Shown in pieces: positions 44,233 to 55,993 of a DNA stretch of 64,000 nt. The position numbers and the translations under genes were made by a program. The DNA is taken from the NCBI RefSeq assembly GCF_045037415.1, contig NZ_CP173439.1, one strand, 5' to 3'. The DNA is from Escherichia coli (GTDB taxonomy: Bacteria; Pseudomonadota; Gammaproteobacteria; Enterobacterales; Enterobacteriaceae). The notes beneath the pieces were generated by a model, which saw only the letters and a program-made list of their open reading frames with translations, did no database searches and was not told the origin of the DNA. Every line of letters begins with the position of its first letter. Positions within the stretch are counted from its first letter, which is position 1.

Positions 44233-46191
44233 TCAGGCGGCATCAGCCAGGTTATCGGTACGTTCAGTGGCATCCGTCTGTGGGCGTGGTGCACACATCC
44301 AGCCAGGCACCCAGCGGTTGTCTTTCATGTGGAACTCTGCATGTTCAGCCGCATCGCCTTTCTTCATCTTCTCCGCGTCCCGTGCAGCACCGGACAGTCC
44401 GGCCTCATTCAGGGCTGCGATAATCTGCGGCTTTTTCAGGTGTCCGAAGAAGTTTGCTTTTGTCGGCTGCCACCAGTCGCGCATGTGGAATCCGATAGCG
44501 GTTTCCAGCGGGTCAAGCGGACTGCGTGACGTGTGACCACACTCGCGGGTCTGAACGCCGTGGATGCTGCACGCAGTGCAGAAACTGAGCAGGGATAACA
44601 GCACCTCCTGGCTGAGTGACAGGAACGTCGTCATGTCCCGTGACCATCCCTCCGGCAACAGGGCGACCAAACGTGCTTTTTCTGCCATCAGCGCCATGAA
44701 TGCGGCACCTTCCTTCCCTGACGGCGCATCGCTGGTCAGCGAATAATGTTTACATTCCAGGCTGATTTGTGCTGGTTTACTGTACGCCCCGCTGCCAAAC
44801 ACATTCAGGCAGAGCGTCCATGCCAGCAGTGCCAGGGATTTGTCCGGCTGCTGCATCAGTGCTGCCTGGACTGCCAGCGTGCGCTCTGAGGACATTTTCG
44901 TCAGCAGTGGCAGACTGATTTCCTCCACGGAGGCTTTCTCCTGCACCTGTTCCGTGTGGTCAGCGTCGTCAGCCACATCATCCTCACTGCGTAACTGCAC
45001 ACCACGCTGGACACATACGTTTCCATAACGCCAGGACACCACCACGCCACTTCCGGCACGCATCTCCGGCGTCCACGCCCTGACCTTCGCCATGCAGTCA
45101 ATCAGCTTCATTTCTGCTTCCAGCAGGTCGGATTCCTCACACTGGTTTTCCAGCGCATCGTAACGTGCCATCAGTTCGTTCAGGCGTTCTTCTTCTGCCT
45201 CCGTCAGCACCGCTTCCGGCTCCGGCAGACTGCGGTATGTTCCGGCATCCTCACGGCACTCACCAACGGCCTCCATGCGTCCGGCACACCATCTCCAGCC
45301 CTCGGCTTCCCGAAGGTGTTCAGCAACAGCCTGGAGTTTTTCCAGCAGGGCAGCATCGAGCGCAACACAGTCCACATAGCCACCCTCGTCGTCGCTGAAC
45401 AAATCGGTGCGCAGTTCATCTGGCGAGAAGGCATCAGCCCCCACAAAGCGGAATTTAGTGTTCCCCACCACCGCCACTTCACTTTCGGTCACCAGACGAC
45501 GAATGGTCTGTACTTCCGGTTTTCCGCCCCATCCCGACTGACAGGCAGCTTCAAACACCTGCACCTGACGCGCGGTGTCGTTCTCCAGCGCCAGCGCCTG
45601 ACAGTGCTCTGTGGTGATGCGGTCTTCTGCCAGCGCATCGAGGATGACAGGCGCAAGGTCTGCCAGTTTCAGCATTCGCTGAACGTGGCGGGGTGAATAG
45701 CCCAGCAAATCACCGATTTGTGCAGGCGTTTTGCCTTCCTGCGCCATTGCACGGAATCCGGCAATCTGTTCGGCAGGGTGCATATCCCGACGATGACCGT
45801 TTTCAGTCATTGATGCGGCAGTCGCCAGTTCCTGCGGAATAACCTTCACGCGGACAGGCCAGTCAGCCGGAAGGATGTTGCGCTCTGCCAGCATGTTGAG
45901 TGCTGCCAGTCGGCGACCGCCTGCGGCGACACCGTAACGGTCACCTGGCAGGGCATGAACAACCAGATTCTGCAGCAGGCCGACGCCCTGAATGGACTCT
46001 GCCAGTTCGCTGACGGACTCCGCAGAATACGGCACCGTGCGCACATTCAGCGGTGACTTAATCAGCGAGGCCAGCGGCACGCTCACTTCAGCCGTCTCCG
46101 CCAGCAGGGCCGACAGGACTGTTTCCTGCGTTTTTGCAGGTTTACGGCTGGATTTACGCTCCGTTTTTACCTTAGACTCTGTAACTGACAT
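44233..46191 (-). CDS. ParB-like nuclease domain protein (leading region, 652 aa)
   Basis: N-terminal ParB/Srx-like domain; AGGAG RBS before ATG 46191. Confidence 0.75.
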   Translation of the reverse strand: MSVTESKVKTERKSSRKPAKTQETVLSALLAETAEVSVPLASLIKSPLNVRTVPYSAESVSELAESIQGVGLLQNLVVHALPGDRYGVAAGGRRLAALNMLAERNILPADWPVRVKVIPQELATAASMTENGHRRDMHPAEQIAGFRAMAQEGKTPAQIGDLLGYSPRHVQRMLKLADLAPVILDALAEDRITTEHCQALALENDTARQVQVFEAACQSGWGGKPEVQTIRRLVTESEVAVVGNTKFRFVGADAFSPDELRTDLFSDDEGGYVDCVALDAALLEKLQAVAEHLREAEGWRWCAGRMEAVGECREDAGTYRSLPEPEAVLTEAEEERLNELMARYDALENQCEESDLLEAEMKLIDCMAKVRAWTPEMRAGSGVVVSWRYGNVCVQRGVQLRSEDDVADDADHTEQVQEKASVEEISLPLLTKMSSERTLAVQAALMQQPDKSLALLAWTLCLNVFGSGAYSKPAQISLECKHYSLTSDAPSGKEGAAFMALMAEKARLVALLPEGWSRDMTTFLSLSQEVLLSLLSFCTACSIHGVQTRECGHTSRSPLDPLETAIGFHMRDWWQPTKANFFGHLKKPQIIAALNEAGLSGAARDAEKMKKGDAAEHAEFHMKDNRWVPGWMCAPRPQTDATERTDNLADAA

Positions 46192-46255
46192 ATATTTCTC
46201 CTTTGACCGGGGTGGTTGTATGTCTGCCGGACGTGATCCCCGTCCGGCACCTCTC

Positions 46256-47740
<1,485 letters not shown>

Positions 47741-47757
47741 GCAGGAAAAAGAAGAGC

Positions 47758-47813
47758 AGTAGCAGTAGCAGTAGCAGTAGCAGTAGCAGTAGCAGTAGCA
47801 GTAGCAGTAGCAG
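47758..47813 (+). repeat. Hexanucleotide tandem repeat (GCAGTA)n, about 9 units
   Basis: Perfect AGCAGT/GCAGTA repeats; not present at the equivalent position of copies 1 and 3. Confidence 0.9.
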
Positions 47814-47992
47814 GAACAACAACATCATCAGTAACAGACAAATGACAGGTCTGAAAAGACAGAAGCCCCCATCAGAACGTCCGCGTAATGAAAGGGGCGG
47901 CGCGTGAGCGCAGCCCCTTTCAGCGCCACCGGCGCGCGGTCTTTTCCCGGCGCGGACAGACGGGCATTTATCCTCCCGCCAGCCCTGTGTCA

Positions 47993-48556
47993 TCAGGCAC
48001 GCAAACGAATAATCATCGTCGGGACATCGGTATAAGCAAACGTGCCGCGCGGCAGCTCCTCGCGGACGTCAGAAAACGGTAACAGCTTCTCCTGCTGGCG
48101 TGGCCCGTTGAGACAGACGGCAACCAGAACGCCCCCCGGACGCAACAGGGAAAAAGCCCGCAGGATATGCCGGATATCCTGCCCGTGACTGAACGGCGGA
48201 TTCATAATGATCCGGCTGTAATACTGCACCGGCTGCCATTCCATGAAGTCGCCACACTGAACCCTGACACCGTTAAAATTTTCCCGCAGATACCGGACCA
48301 GCCCGCTGTTAATCTCCACCGCATCACACATGGCCTCCGGCGCGGTATCCCGAATAGCCCGCAGTATGGCCCCGGTGCCGGCAGAGGGTTCCAGAATGTG
48401 ATCACGGTTGCTGATTTCCGCCAGCGTCACCAGGCGATCACAGACCGGGGCAGGAGTCACAAAAAGCTGAGATTCAGCCCGGATTTCAGCAACCGGCGCG
48501 GCGTTATCCAGCCTTGCGCGCATCAGCCGGATACGTTCTCTTAACTGACTGTGCAT
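47993..48556 (-). CDS. Orphan SAM-dependent DNA adenine methyltransferase-like protein
   Basis: SAM-binding LEPSAGTGAI and NPPF catalytic motif; no adjacent restriction gene. Confidence 0.7.
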   Translation of the reverse strand: MHSQLRERIRLMRARLDNAAPVAEIRAESQLFVTPAPVCDRLVTLAEISNRDHILEPSAGTGAILRAIRDTAPEAMCDAVEINSGLVRYLRENFNGVRVQCGDFMEWQPVQYYSRIIMNPPFSHGQDIRHILRAFSLLRPGGVLVAVCLNGPRQQEKLLPFSDVREELPRGTFAYTDVPTMIIRLRA

Positions 48557-48602
48557 GTCATTATCTCCGTCATCCCCCGGGGATTTCCCGGGGGGATATA
48601 CC

Positions 48603-49964
48603 TTATTTCTGTGGGATTTCCGTGATTTTCATGTCGGTGATATACACATTCACCAGACGGAAATTATTGTCCATTGTGCGGCGGTAGCGGTATGCCCCGT
48701 GGTCTTCTGCTTCTTCCACACTGCGCACGGCCTTACAGTCCCGGGGCAGGGCGGCCCACTGCGCCTTTGTCATTTCCCGGAAACCTTCCCCCGGATAGTT
48801 GACTACCGGCGGACGCTTCGCGGCCTGACTGGCGACGGCAGCCTCTTCTGCCGATGGTGCTTTGTAGTCCGTGATGCGATCGGGCGTCACTTTCATCGTG
48901 CCGCTGTACCCGAGAAAACTGTAATTTGGCGTTGTGACTGAACTCACCGCCCCGTTGCTTTTGTTCACGCGGATGATAGTCAGCCACTCGCCCCGGCTGA
49001 AAACCTGTCCGCCCGGCTCAAAATCCTGTGTCCGGGTAACCACGCCGCCGCTTTCGTCCAACATGGCACGCTCATAGATCAGGCGGTTCTGATAGTGGTT
49101 AACCCAGCGTTGCTGATGCTGAATCTGCCGTTCATGACAGCGGATCGCAATTTCGCGGGCCTGCTCCGTGGTGATGATGTCATCATCCAGGGCCGACCAT
49201 AACGACCGGCTCCCTTCATACTGGCTTTTTTCTGCCGGGCGCGGATACGTATCCAGCGGGAAACAGGCGCTGATATGGTCATGACTGCTGATGAGTTTTG
49301 CCATATTCAGATCCAGCGATTCAGCCCGCCACATCGTCAGATATTTCTGCGACTGTGCGATGGTCTTTTCAGCCTTGCGCAAATCAGCTTCGATTTTTTT
49401 GATACGACGCCAGCGAACGTCCGGGCGTTCTTTATACTTCGCGTGAAGCAGTGCCGACCGCGCCCGTTCTTCCCAGTATTCCGCACGTTCAAAGAGCATC
49501 ACGGCACGTTTCATGCCGTTTTCAATACGCTGCGCATCACGACGGGCGCGGCGTTCGCTGTGATGCCCCACAAGAATGGGCTGACCGGGCGGGATCATCG
49601 CGGCCAGTCTTTCCACTTCATCAAGTGCCTGTGCGGATTCACTGGCCCGCTTTCCGCTGTATCCGGTAAACCGCTCCGCCCGTGCTTCCTGACGTTCAGC
49701 GAGCGTGCTGTCTTCATCCTCAATCTCTCCGGCAAGTGAGAGGAGCACGTCTTCCCGGCCCGGTGTCCAGGCTGGCGCGACAAACAGCGCCTGTCTGGGT
49801 GCCCAGCGAAAACCGGCATCATGCACTTTTTTATACGTTTCCTGGTCAAGACGTGACGCGGCATACAGGCGCAGTTTGTTGTCATCCGGTGAGTAGGTCG
49901 CGCGGTACATCTGCACAGGGCTGGCGGCTTCCGGGGCGGTCATGGTGATTGCTGCTAATGTCAT
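48603..49964 (-). CDS. Leading-region protein of unknown function (453 aa)
   Basis: Long ORF with Arg/Glu-rich coiled-coil-like centre; no recognised catalytic motif. Confidence 0.5.
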   Translation of the reverse strand: MTLAAITMTAPEAASPVQMYRATYSPDDNKLRLYAASRLDQETYKKVHDAGFRWAPRQALFVAPAWTPGREDVLLSLAGEIEDEDSTLAERQEARAERFTGYSGKRASESAQALDEVERLAAMIPPGQPILVGHHSERRARRDAQRIENGMKRAVMLFERAEYWEERARSALLHAKYKERPDVRWRRIKKIEADLRKAEKTIAQSQKYLTMWRAESLDLNMAKLISSHDHISACFPLDTYPRPAEKSQYEGSRSLWSALDDDIITTEQAREIAIRCHERQIQHQQRWVNHYQNRLIYERAMLDESGGVVTRTQDFEPGGQVFSRGEWLTIIRVNKSNGAVSSVTTPNYSFLGYSGTMKVTPDRITDYKAPSAEEAAVASQAAKRPPVVNYPGEGFREMTKAQWAALPRDCKAVRSVEEAEDHGAYRYRRTMDNNFRLVNVYITDMKITEIPQK

Positions 49965-50015
49965 AAAATGTTCTCCTTCCGTCTGTTGCCGCCCCTCGCG
50001 GGGCGGCTCACCTCA

Positions 50016-50246
50016 TCAGTTAAAAGCGCGTTTCAGTTCGAGTGTGCGGAGCACCTGCCCGAAGGCCGTGTTTTTCATGGCGGGGATGTGTACACCACGC
50101 CCCCGGTGAAAACTCCGGGCAATGTGTCGCCCGAAGGCTTTCAGCACGGGGTCAATTTCCGGCGCGGGGATGTCTTCGCGTCTGAAACGGGGATGACGGC
50201 GGGGCTTTACAGCCGCTGCGGAAGGTGAAACAATACTTACTGTCAT
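50016..50246 (-). CDS. hypothetical small basic protein
   Basis: 76-aa ORF between repeat copy 3 and ORF453. Confidence 0.3.
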   Translation of the reverse strand: MTVSIVSPSAAAVKPRRHPRFRREDIPAPEIDPVLKAFGRHIARSFHRGRGVHIPAMKNTAFGQVLRTLELKRAFN

Positions 50247-50478
50247 AAATGAAACTCCTTATGACAAATTGGTTAATAATGCCGTCAAAATTGGTTGCGC
50301 AATTCTTACGGCGTGGATTAAGCAGGTCCCTGACCTGCTTTTTTCATATCTGCGTCTGACGTTCTCCGGTGTTTTCCTCCTTCTGTTCCTGCGTTCTCAT
50401 TACCTGCCAGCCGGATGACTGACAGAACAAATAAATGCATATTGCCGGAGCCTGAAATAAATCCTGATTTTTAAAGAA

Positions 50479-51092
50479 CATCACCCGTTGAGTTTCGGGA
50501 GCCGCGGTTTTGACGTTTCGCGGGAACCTGCTGCTGTATTCCCTGTGGTATGAACTTCACCCGTTTGAGAACCTTCGCCGCAAGGGGCATCACTGCCACG
50601 GCCTGACGCACCTGTCCTGGGCAGAACGCAAAATTTTTTACCGGGTTTTGGGTAAAAAATTTTGTGGGCTGTTCATTTACCCTGGACAGTCAGTGCGGCA
50701 GGTTGTGGCTGTATCAGCCCCCGGCGACAGGGACTCATACGGGTGTGTGGCACCGGCAGGCAATGAGCAGGGACCCGCCGCAACGACGGAGAGCGCGTGC
50801 GCGAAACGGCGTTGCCCCTTACATCCCGGCGGCCTTTTGCCGGGATGCCGGGAGCGCAGGCCACGGCGCGACAAGGGTGGCGCGACCGGAACGGTCGCTG
50901 CAAGCCCGGGGTTTTCACGCATCGGACCGTAGCGACAGCCCGAAACCGCGCCAGCGGGTTCGGCGGAGACTGGCGGGTGCGCCAGCAGCTGCCTGTCGGA
51001 GTCGGGCCTGACGACCGGATGCCGCCAGGCAGCCGGGAGCCGAAGGTGCGCCCGGCAGACAGAACAACACTGCAGTAGTCAGAATCAGAGCA
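50479..51092 (+). repeat. Structured GC-rich leading-region repeat, copy 3 (long form; ssi/Frpo-like)
   Basis: About 615 bp near-identical to copy 2. Confidence 0.7.
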
Positions 51093-51283
51093 GCAGATAA
51101 AGGAACAACAACATCAGGAACAGTTCCATAACATAAGAAAGAAACACTCCTGAGTCAGACACATCACAGACGGGAAGGGTAACGGGCGACGCGCCAGCGT
51201 GGCCCGCTTCCCTTCCGGCAGGCGTCAGCCTGCCAGGGGTTTTCGCGCGGACTGACAGGCGGCCTCCACCGCCTGCCCCTGTA

Positions 51284-51475
51284 TCACCTGTTTCTGCTAC
51301 CCTGTAAGATGTAGTGACCGCCCAGGAAAACCGCCTGCTGATTCACCACAAAATCGCAGATTTCATCAACAATCTGCGCGGTGGTGAGCGGTTTCTGCCC
51401 CATTTCACGACGCCGCGCATTAATCACGGCCCTGTAATTACGCAGAATTTCGCGGGTTTCTGTGCTGATATTCAT
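51284..51475 (-). CDS. hypothetical small protein (63 aa)
   Basis: ORF with 4-bp overlap to the upstream ORF140. Confidence 0.35.
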   Translation of the reverse strand: MNISTETREILRNYRAVINARRREMGQKPLTTAQIVDEICDFVVNQQAVFLGGHYILQGSRNR

Positions 51476-51894
51476 GACATCGTCTCCCCGTCCAGCGCCT
51501 GTAACACAACGTCCATTGCTTCGCGTTCCTCCCTGACGAATGCGTCACCGTCGCCCCCGTTCTCACTCCCGACGGCATACAGGCGCTTCATTTCACTGCC
51601 TGCCAGCGCCATCACTTTTTCCAGCATCACCGCCGGGACTGTCACCTGACGGCTGGCGCGCTTTTCTTCCATCAGTTCACGAACAACGCCGTGAACAACG
51701 CTGACATCCGCACCATATTCAAAGGCATCGTCCAGCCGCTGCATGACGGTTTCCAGCTCATCGTCTGACAGGTTCCAGTCCTGGGCTATGTGACGCACAT
51801 CCCCACGGGTCAGCACTACGGCAAAAACGCATTCACTGTCCGGCACGTCTGTATCCAGCACTTCGCGGATAATTTCTTTAACAGTACAGTACAT
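51472..51894 (-). CDS. Leading-region protein, paralog of 53597..54031
   Basis: Shares MY(C/G)T...RQVTVPA...L layout with ORF 53597..54031. Confidence 0.5.
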   Translation of the reverse strand: MYCTVKEIIREVLDTDVPDSECVFAVVLTRGDVRHIAQDWNLSDDELETVMQRLDDAFEYGADVSVVHGVVRELMEEKRASRQVTVPAVMLEKVMALAGSEMKRLYAVGSENGGDGDAFVREEREAMDVVLQALDGETMS

Positions 51895-51940
51895 GTTCTC
51901 GTCTCCTTTACAGGGGCGGCATTGCCGCCCCGTCCGTTAA

Positions 51941-52366
51941 TCAGTCCAGTGCCGCGTAAATCGCGTTGCATTCGGGGTGAAATTCGATGTGACGCCACAA
52001 CTGCGCATCGCGCATCCGGTAAAGATGGGTCAGTCCTGCATCCCCGCTGTCGTGGTACAGCCACAACTGGCGGTTAATCACAAGGGAAGTCAGAATGATG
52101 CCTGCGGCATCGGCGCTGACCGTACGGTCAAACCAGTTTGCACCGTTCACCATGTGGAAACGGTCGCCATCCGGCATCATGTAACCGCCACCGTCCGGCA
52201 GGCGGATGAAGTGCCAGAATCCGCCTTCATATTCCGGCATCATTTTTTTCGCCAGCGCGTATACAGACGCTTCGGCATACAGAAAATCCAGGCCAAACAG
52301 GTAAGGCAGAAAGGAGAGACGGTCGCACTCTTCAACATTCAGAGTGACAGGTTTCGCATATTGCAT
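51941..52366 (-). CDS. KlcA/ArdB-like antirestriction protein (candidate)
   Basis: 141-aa acidic protein of ArdB/KlcA size in a leading region; assigned from recalled family features. Confidence 0.45.
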   Translation of the reverse strand: MQYAKPVTLNVEECDRLSFLPYLFGLDFLYAEASVYALAKKMMPEYEGGFWHFIRLPDGGGYMMPDGDRFHMVNGANWFDRTVSADAAGIILTSLVINRQLWLYHDSGDAGLTHLYRMRDAQLWRHIEFHPECNAIYAALD

Positions 52367-52781
52367 GATGTTTTCCTCCGTTGTTCACATATTCCGCGAC
52401 ACCGGGCGGTGCCGTGCCTCCATCTTTGCCGGGCCTGCAGGGTTGCAAGGGCGCAAGGGAAGCCGCAGCCTGACGCGCACGGCTGACGGGAGTTGGAGGG
52501 TGAGACCGCGAAATCTGAGCGGGTGAACGACCGGAAAATCACGGCAGACGGGAAGGAGGGACCGGGTGACCGCAGCGGTTCACCTTACCTTGCAACCCGC
52601 CCGCAGAAGCCCGGCTACGATGGAGGCACGGCACAGCCCGCACACGACGCTGAGGCCACATAACTGAAAACCCACAAGGCCATGCCCCGCATGGCCGGGT
52701 AAAGCGGAGCCTGCGGCGACATCCTTTTGCTCTTTCCGGGGACCGGCTGGAAAAGGCGGAGATTTTTCCCCGCCAGCGTCA

Positions 52782-53552
52782 TCATTTCCGGATTTTCGCC
52801 AGTGAATCCGCCATGCTGCGGATTTCGTTCCGGGCTTCCCGGACCACCTCCCGCAGAACACCACGGTCAAACCAGCGGCGGGGCGGTTCATCCGGTATAC
52901 GCAGCATATCGCAGGCCAGCCCACTGGACAGGATATGCTCCACACACTCACTGACCAGATACATTTCCACCGACGAAAAACGAGCGCCCCGGTTCAGGAT
53001 GGCATCGAGCACCACGGGCAGGTTTTCGTCGTCTTCATCGAGCCAGCAGGGGTGATCGCTTTCCTTCACCACCAGGCGAAAGCGGCGCGTCTGGCGGGTC
53101 AGCAACGTCTGACCGGTGGTGGTCAGCGCCGCACGGATACGCCGCGCATCTTCTGCCACCTGGTAACTGACACTGCATACTGCATCGCGTACCGCACCAA
53201 GAACGGCCCTGATTTCGTCCTCTGCCAGCCACTCACCGGCATACGGGAAAGACACCTGCGTTCCGTCTGCCGGAAGTACCGGCAGCGACTGCCACTGACT
53301 GCCGGACAGAACAAGTTCCGCTCCGGTTCCGGTCAGTTTCTGAATGGCAGAGGCCAGGAGCGGCGGCAGTACGCCGCCGTGACGGTTGATAAGTAACGTC
53401 GCCAGCCGGGGCGCATCCAGCCGCACGTAAATGCTGATCCAGCCCGGATACTTCGGGTTACGCTGGTCAACATCCGTCTCTTCCGGCCAGCCCTGCGCCA
53501 GCAACAGGTTGCTGGCGTGGCGATAAATCAGTGCATTCAGCGTTTCATTCAT
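52782..53552 (-). CDS. Leading-region protein of unknown function (256 aa)
   Basis: ORF with no recognised motif. Confidence 0.45.
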   Translation of the reverse strand: MNETLNALIYRHASNLLLAQGWPEETDVDQRNPKYPGWISIYVRLDAPRLATLLINRHGGVLPPLLASAIQKLTGTGAELVLSGSQWQSLPVLPADGTQVSFPYAGEWLAEDEIRAVLGAVRDAVCSVSYQVAEDARRIRAALTTTGQTLLTRQTRRFRLVVKESDHPCWLDEDDENLPVVLDAILNRGARFSSVEMYLVSECVEHILSSGLACDMLRIPDEPPRRWFDRGVLREVVREARNEIRSMADSLAKIRK

Positions 53553-53596
53553 AATTCATGAACTCCCTGTATCGCCGCCCGGAGGCGGCGATAACA

Positions 53597-54031
53597 TCAG
53601 TCGTTTTCGTGTGTGTTGTTTTTCAGCAGGATGCGGACCTGATTAACCACCGCCTGACGGCGGGTGACGCATTCCGGGACGGCGAGGCCATGATCCCGGG
53701 CGGCCCATTCACGTTTCCACAATGCCTGTTCAGCGGTCTGAATCAGGGACGCCAGCAGTTCAGCAGGGACGGTCACCTGGCGGTTTTCTCTCACGTTATT
53801 GATGATCTCCATCGCCGCACCGGAAGAAATACCGGATTCAGTCCGCTGGTCTTCCGGGATGTCCTCCAGGCGCGCCAGGACAGTCCTGATTTCATGATCG
53901 GACAGGGAAATATCCATTCCGTCAGCGAGGGCCTGAATTTCTTCCGGGGACCAGATAACCAGCATCAGCGGCGTGTCTCCCGGATACTTTGCTGCCAGCT
54001 CCCGGCATAGCGTTTCGCATGTTCCGTACAT
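53597..54031 (-). CDS. Leading-region protein, paralog of 51472..51894
   Basis: 144 aa; shared RQVTVPAELL motif with ORF140. Confidence 0.5.
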   Translation of the reverse strand: MYGTCETLCRELAAKYPGDTPLMLVIWSPEEIQALADGMDISLSDHEIRTVLARLEDIPEDQRTESGISSGAAMEIINNVRENRQVTVPAELLASLIQTAEQALWKREWAARDHGLAVPECVTRRQAVVNQVRILLKNNTHEND

Positions 54032-54044
54032 TCTCGTCTCCTTC

Positions 54045-54266
54045 TCAATCTTTGAAGCAGGAATCCAGTTCCAGAATTTCGGTATACGCCTCCATGAACA
54101 GGCGATTGGCGCGATACAGCGTCTGGCGTGTCAGGCGTTCAACAAGCACATCGGAATCAAAGCGACAGCGATGCTCCATATCATTCAGCCTGGCCCGAAG
54201 GTCACACATGGTGTTGGCCACCTCCGCCACGTCGGCGCGAAGTTTTTCGTGTCCGGCATAGTTCAT
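54045..54266 (-). CDS. hypothetical small protein (73 aa)
   Basis: ORF ending 1 bp before the methyltransferase start. Confidence 0.35.
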   Translation of the reverse strand: MNYAGHEKLRADVAEVANTMCDLRARLNDMEHRCRFDSDVLVERLTRQTLYRANRLFMEAYTEILELDSCFKD

Positions 54267-54950
54267 TTACGCAGCCTCCGGTTCAAACCAGTTATCATTC
54301 GCGGCCCCCTGCTGCATGGCCCGTTGCACGGCGGCCAGTCGTTGCTGTCCGGCACGGTGATACTGTTCAAGCAGCTCGATACCGATATACCGGCGTCCGG
54401 ACTGAAGGGCGGCCACGCAGGTTGAGCCGCTGCCTGCAAACGGGTCCAGCACAATCGCGTTCGGGTGTGTGAAGCTCTCAATCAGCGGTTGCAGGCTGGT
54501 AACGGGCTTTTCAGTCGGGTGATGACGATTGCCTGAATATTTCCAGCCCAGCACGTCGGGCAATGGCTTCTGAGGCAGCGCCGGACGTCCTTTTGCCAGG
54601 ATGTAGGCGCATTCGTGGCGATAGCCCACATATGCGGCCTTCGATGTGTAGGTTTTGGTAAACACCAGGTGGCCAACCACGCTGAATCCCGCATTTTTCC
54701 AGGCGGCCATAAAGCGATCGACGCGGTTCCAGCCGTAGAAGCTGACCATCAGCGCATCTTTTTTCAGCACGCGGTACATTTCATTACAGGCCGGTTGCAG
54801 CCATTCATCGGTTTTATCGCCGGCGATGGTGCGCCCGGAACGGTCACGGAAACCGACGAGATACGGCGGGTCGGTGAGGATGAAATCGACAGCATTGCCC
54901 GGAAACGTGGCCATAACACGCACGCAGTCACCCAGGATAAAACGGGACAT
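54267..54950 (-). CDS. Orphan DNA methyltransferase (N6/N4 class, DPPY motif)
   Basis: Catalytic DPPY and SAM-binding DPFAGSGST motifs. Confidence 0.8.
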   Translation of the reverse strand: MSRFILGDCVRVMATFPGNAVDFILTDPPYLVGFRDRSGRTIAGDKTDEWLQPACNEMYRVLKKDALMVSFYGWNRVDRFMAAWKNAGFSVVGHLVFTKTYTSKAAYVGYRHECAYILAKGRPALPQKPLPDVLGWKYSGNRHHPTEKPVTSLQPLIESFTHPNAIVLDPFAGSGSTCVAALQSGRRYIGIELLEQYHRAGQQRLAAVQRAMQQGAANDNWFEPEAA

Positions 54951-55799
54951 AACACAGCACTCCTTCTCTTACAGAGGACACCGGGAGGGCACCCCTGTGG
55001 TGCCCGTTCCCCGCTGCCTGTGGGCTGTTCACCGCGTCCGGTAACGGGTCAGGCCGACCGTGGAATACCGCAGCCGTCGTCTTTTTGACGGCAAGGCTAT
55101 GCCGCGAAAGCGGCTTGAAGGGCGTTCATCAGAAAAGGGCGACGGGCTGGCGTACACTGTCACCGACGCCAGCCGGGAGCGGTAAAAGCGCCCGTCCCGT
55201 GCCCGCCGGACGCGGGACACTGACCACAGGCAGCGTTCCTGCCGCGCCGCGTCAGCCGGCGCAGTAAAAAGAGGAGCACGGCGACATCCTTTGTCGGAAA
55301 AGAAACGGGCGGTTGCCCGCCCGTCTCCGTCATACTTCATCCGCCATAATGCGCCACATTGTCGACTATCCACGCAGGTCCGGTGACTTCCGGCAGCTCA
55401 TCGTCATCTGTCGGGGAAGACCATTCCAGCTCCCCCCACAGCACATCAACAAGCTCGCCACGCTCATATCGCTGCCAGCCACAGAAATTGCAACCCTGTT
55501 CGGCATACCAGTGCTCCAGTGTGCAGCTGAAACGGCGGCTTAATTCTGCAATAACGTCGCTTTCCGGCTGACACCACGGCGTGTCGAAATCCACCTGAAT
55601 GAATTTTTCCCCTGACTGCTGATATTCAGGTCATACCCACAAGGCCACTTCACGCCATACCGTTCTGTATACCAGTGATATGCAGAAGGAACACCGTTCA
55701 GAACACCACCGTTAAAGCCATTCACTTCAACATCCAGGCGGGTGGGCAGAACCGTCAGCAGGTCAAACGGCATGGTTAAGTAGTTTCCGTCTCAGTTCG

Positions 55800-55990
55800 T
55801 GACGCAAAATGAGAAACCAATAAGAACTCAAAACGAGTCACAACAAGAACATAAAGAGACTCTAAAAGAGCAACGCCGCTTGACATAGACTCAAAACAAG
55901 ACACAATAAGAAACAACAAAAACTCAAAAAGATGCACCGACATAAAAGATGCTCAATTTGAGACAAATACAAACTCAAAACGAGGCAAAA
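55800..55990 (+). promoter_or_regulatory. parC: parC-like centromere/promoter iterons
   Basis: Repeated (A/G)ACTCAAAA(C/A)(G/A)AG-type motifs spaced about 11-22 bp upstream of parM. Confidence 0.55.
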
Positions 55991-55993
55991 AGA

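Noticed and set aside
47758-47813. Possible CRISPR array
   Set aside because: Units are 6 bp and contiguous with no spacers; this is a microsatellite. No other repeat-spacer structure was seen.
55029-55373. 114-aa minus-strand ORF in the GC-rich region upstream of the DPPY methyltransferase
   Set aside because: Arg-rich low-complexity translation of a structured GC-rich non-coding region; no start context.
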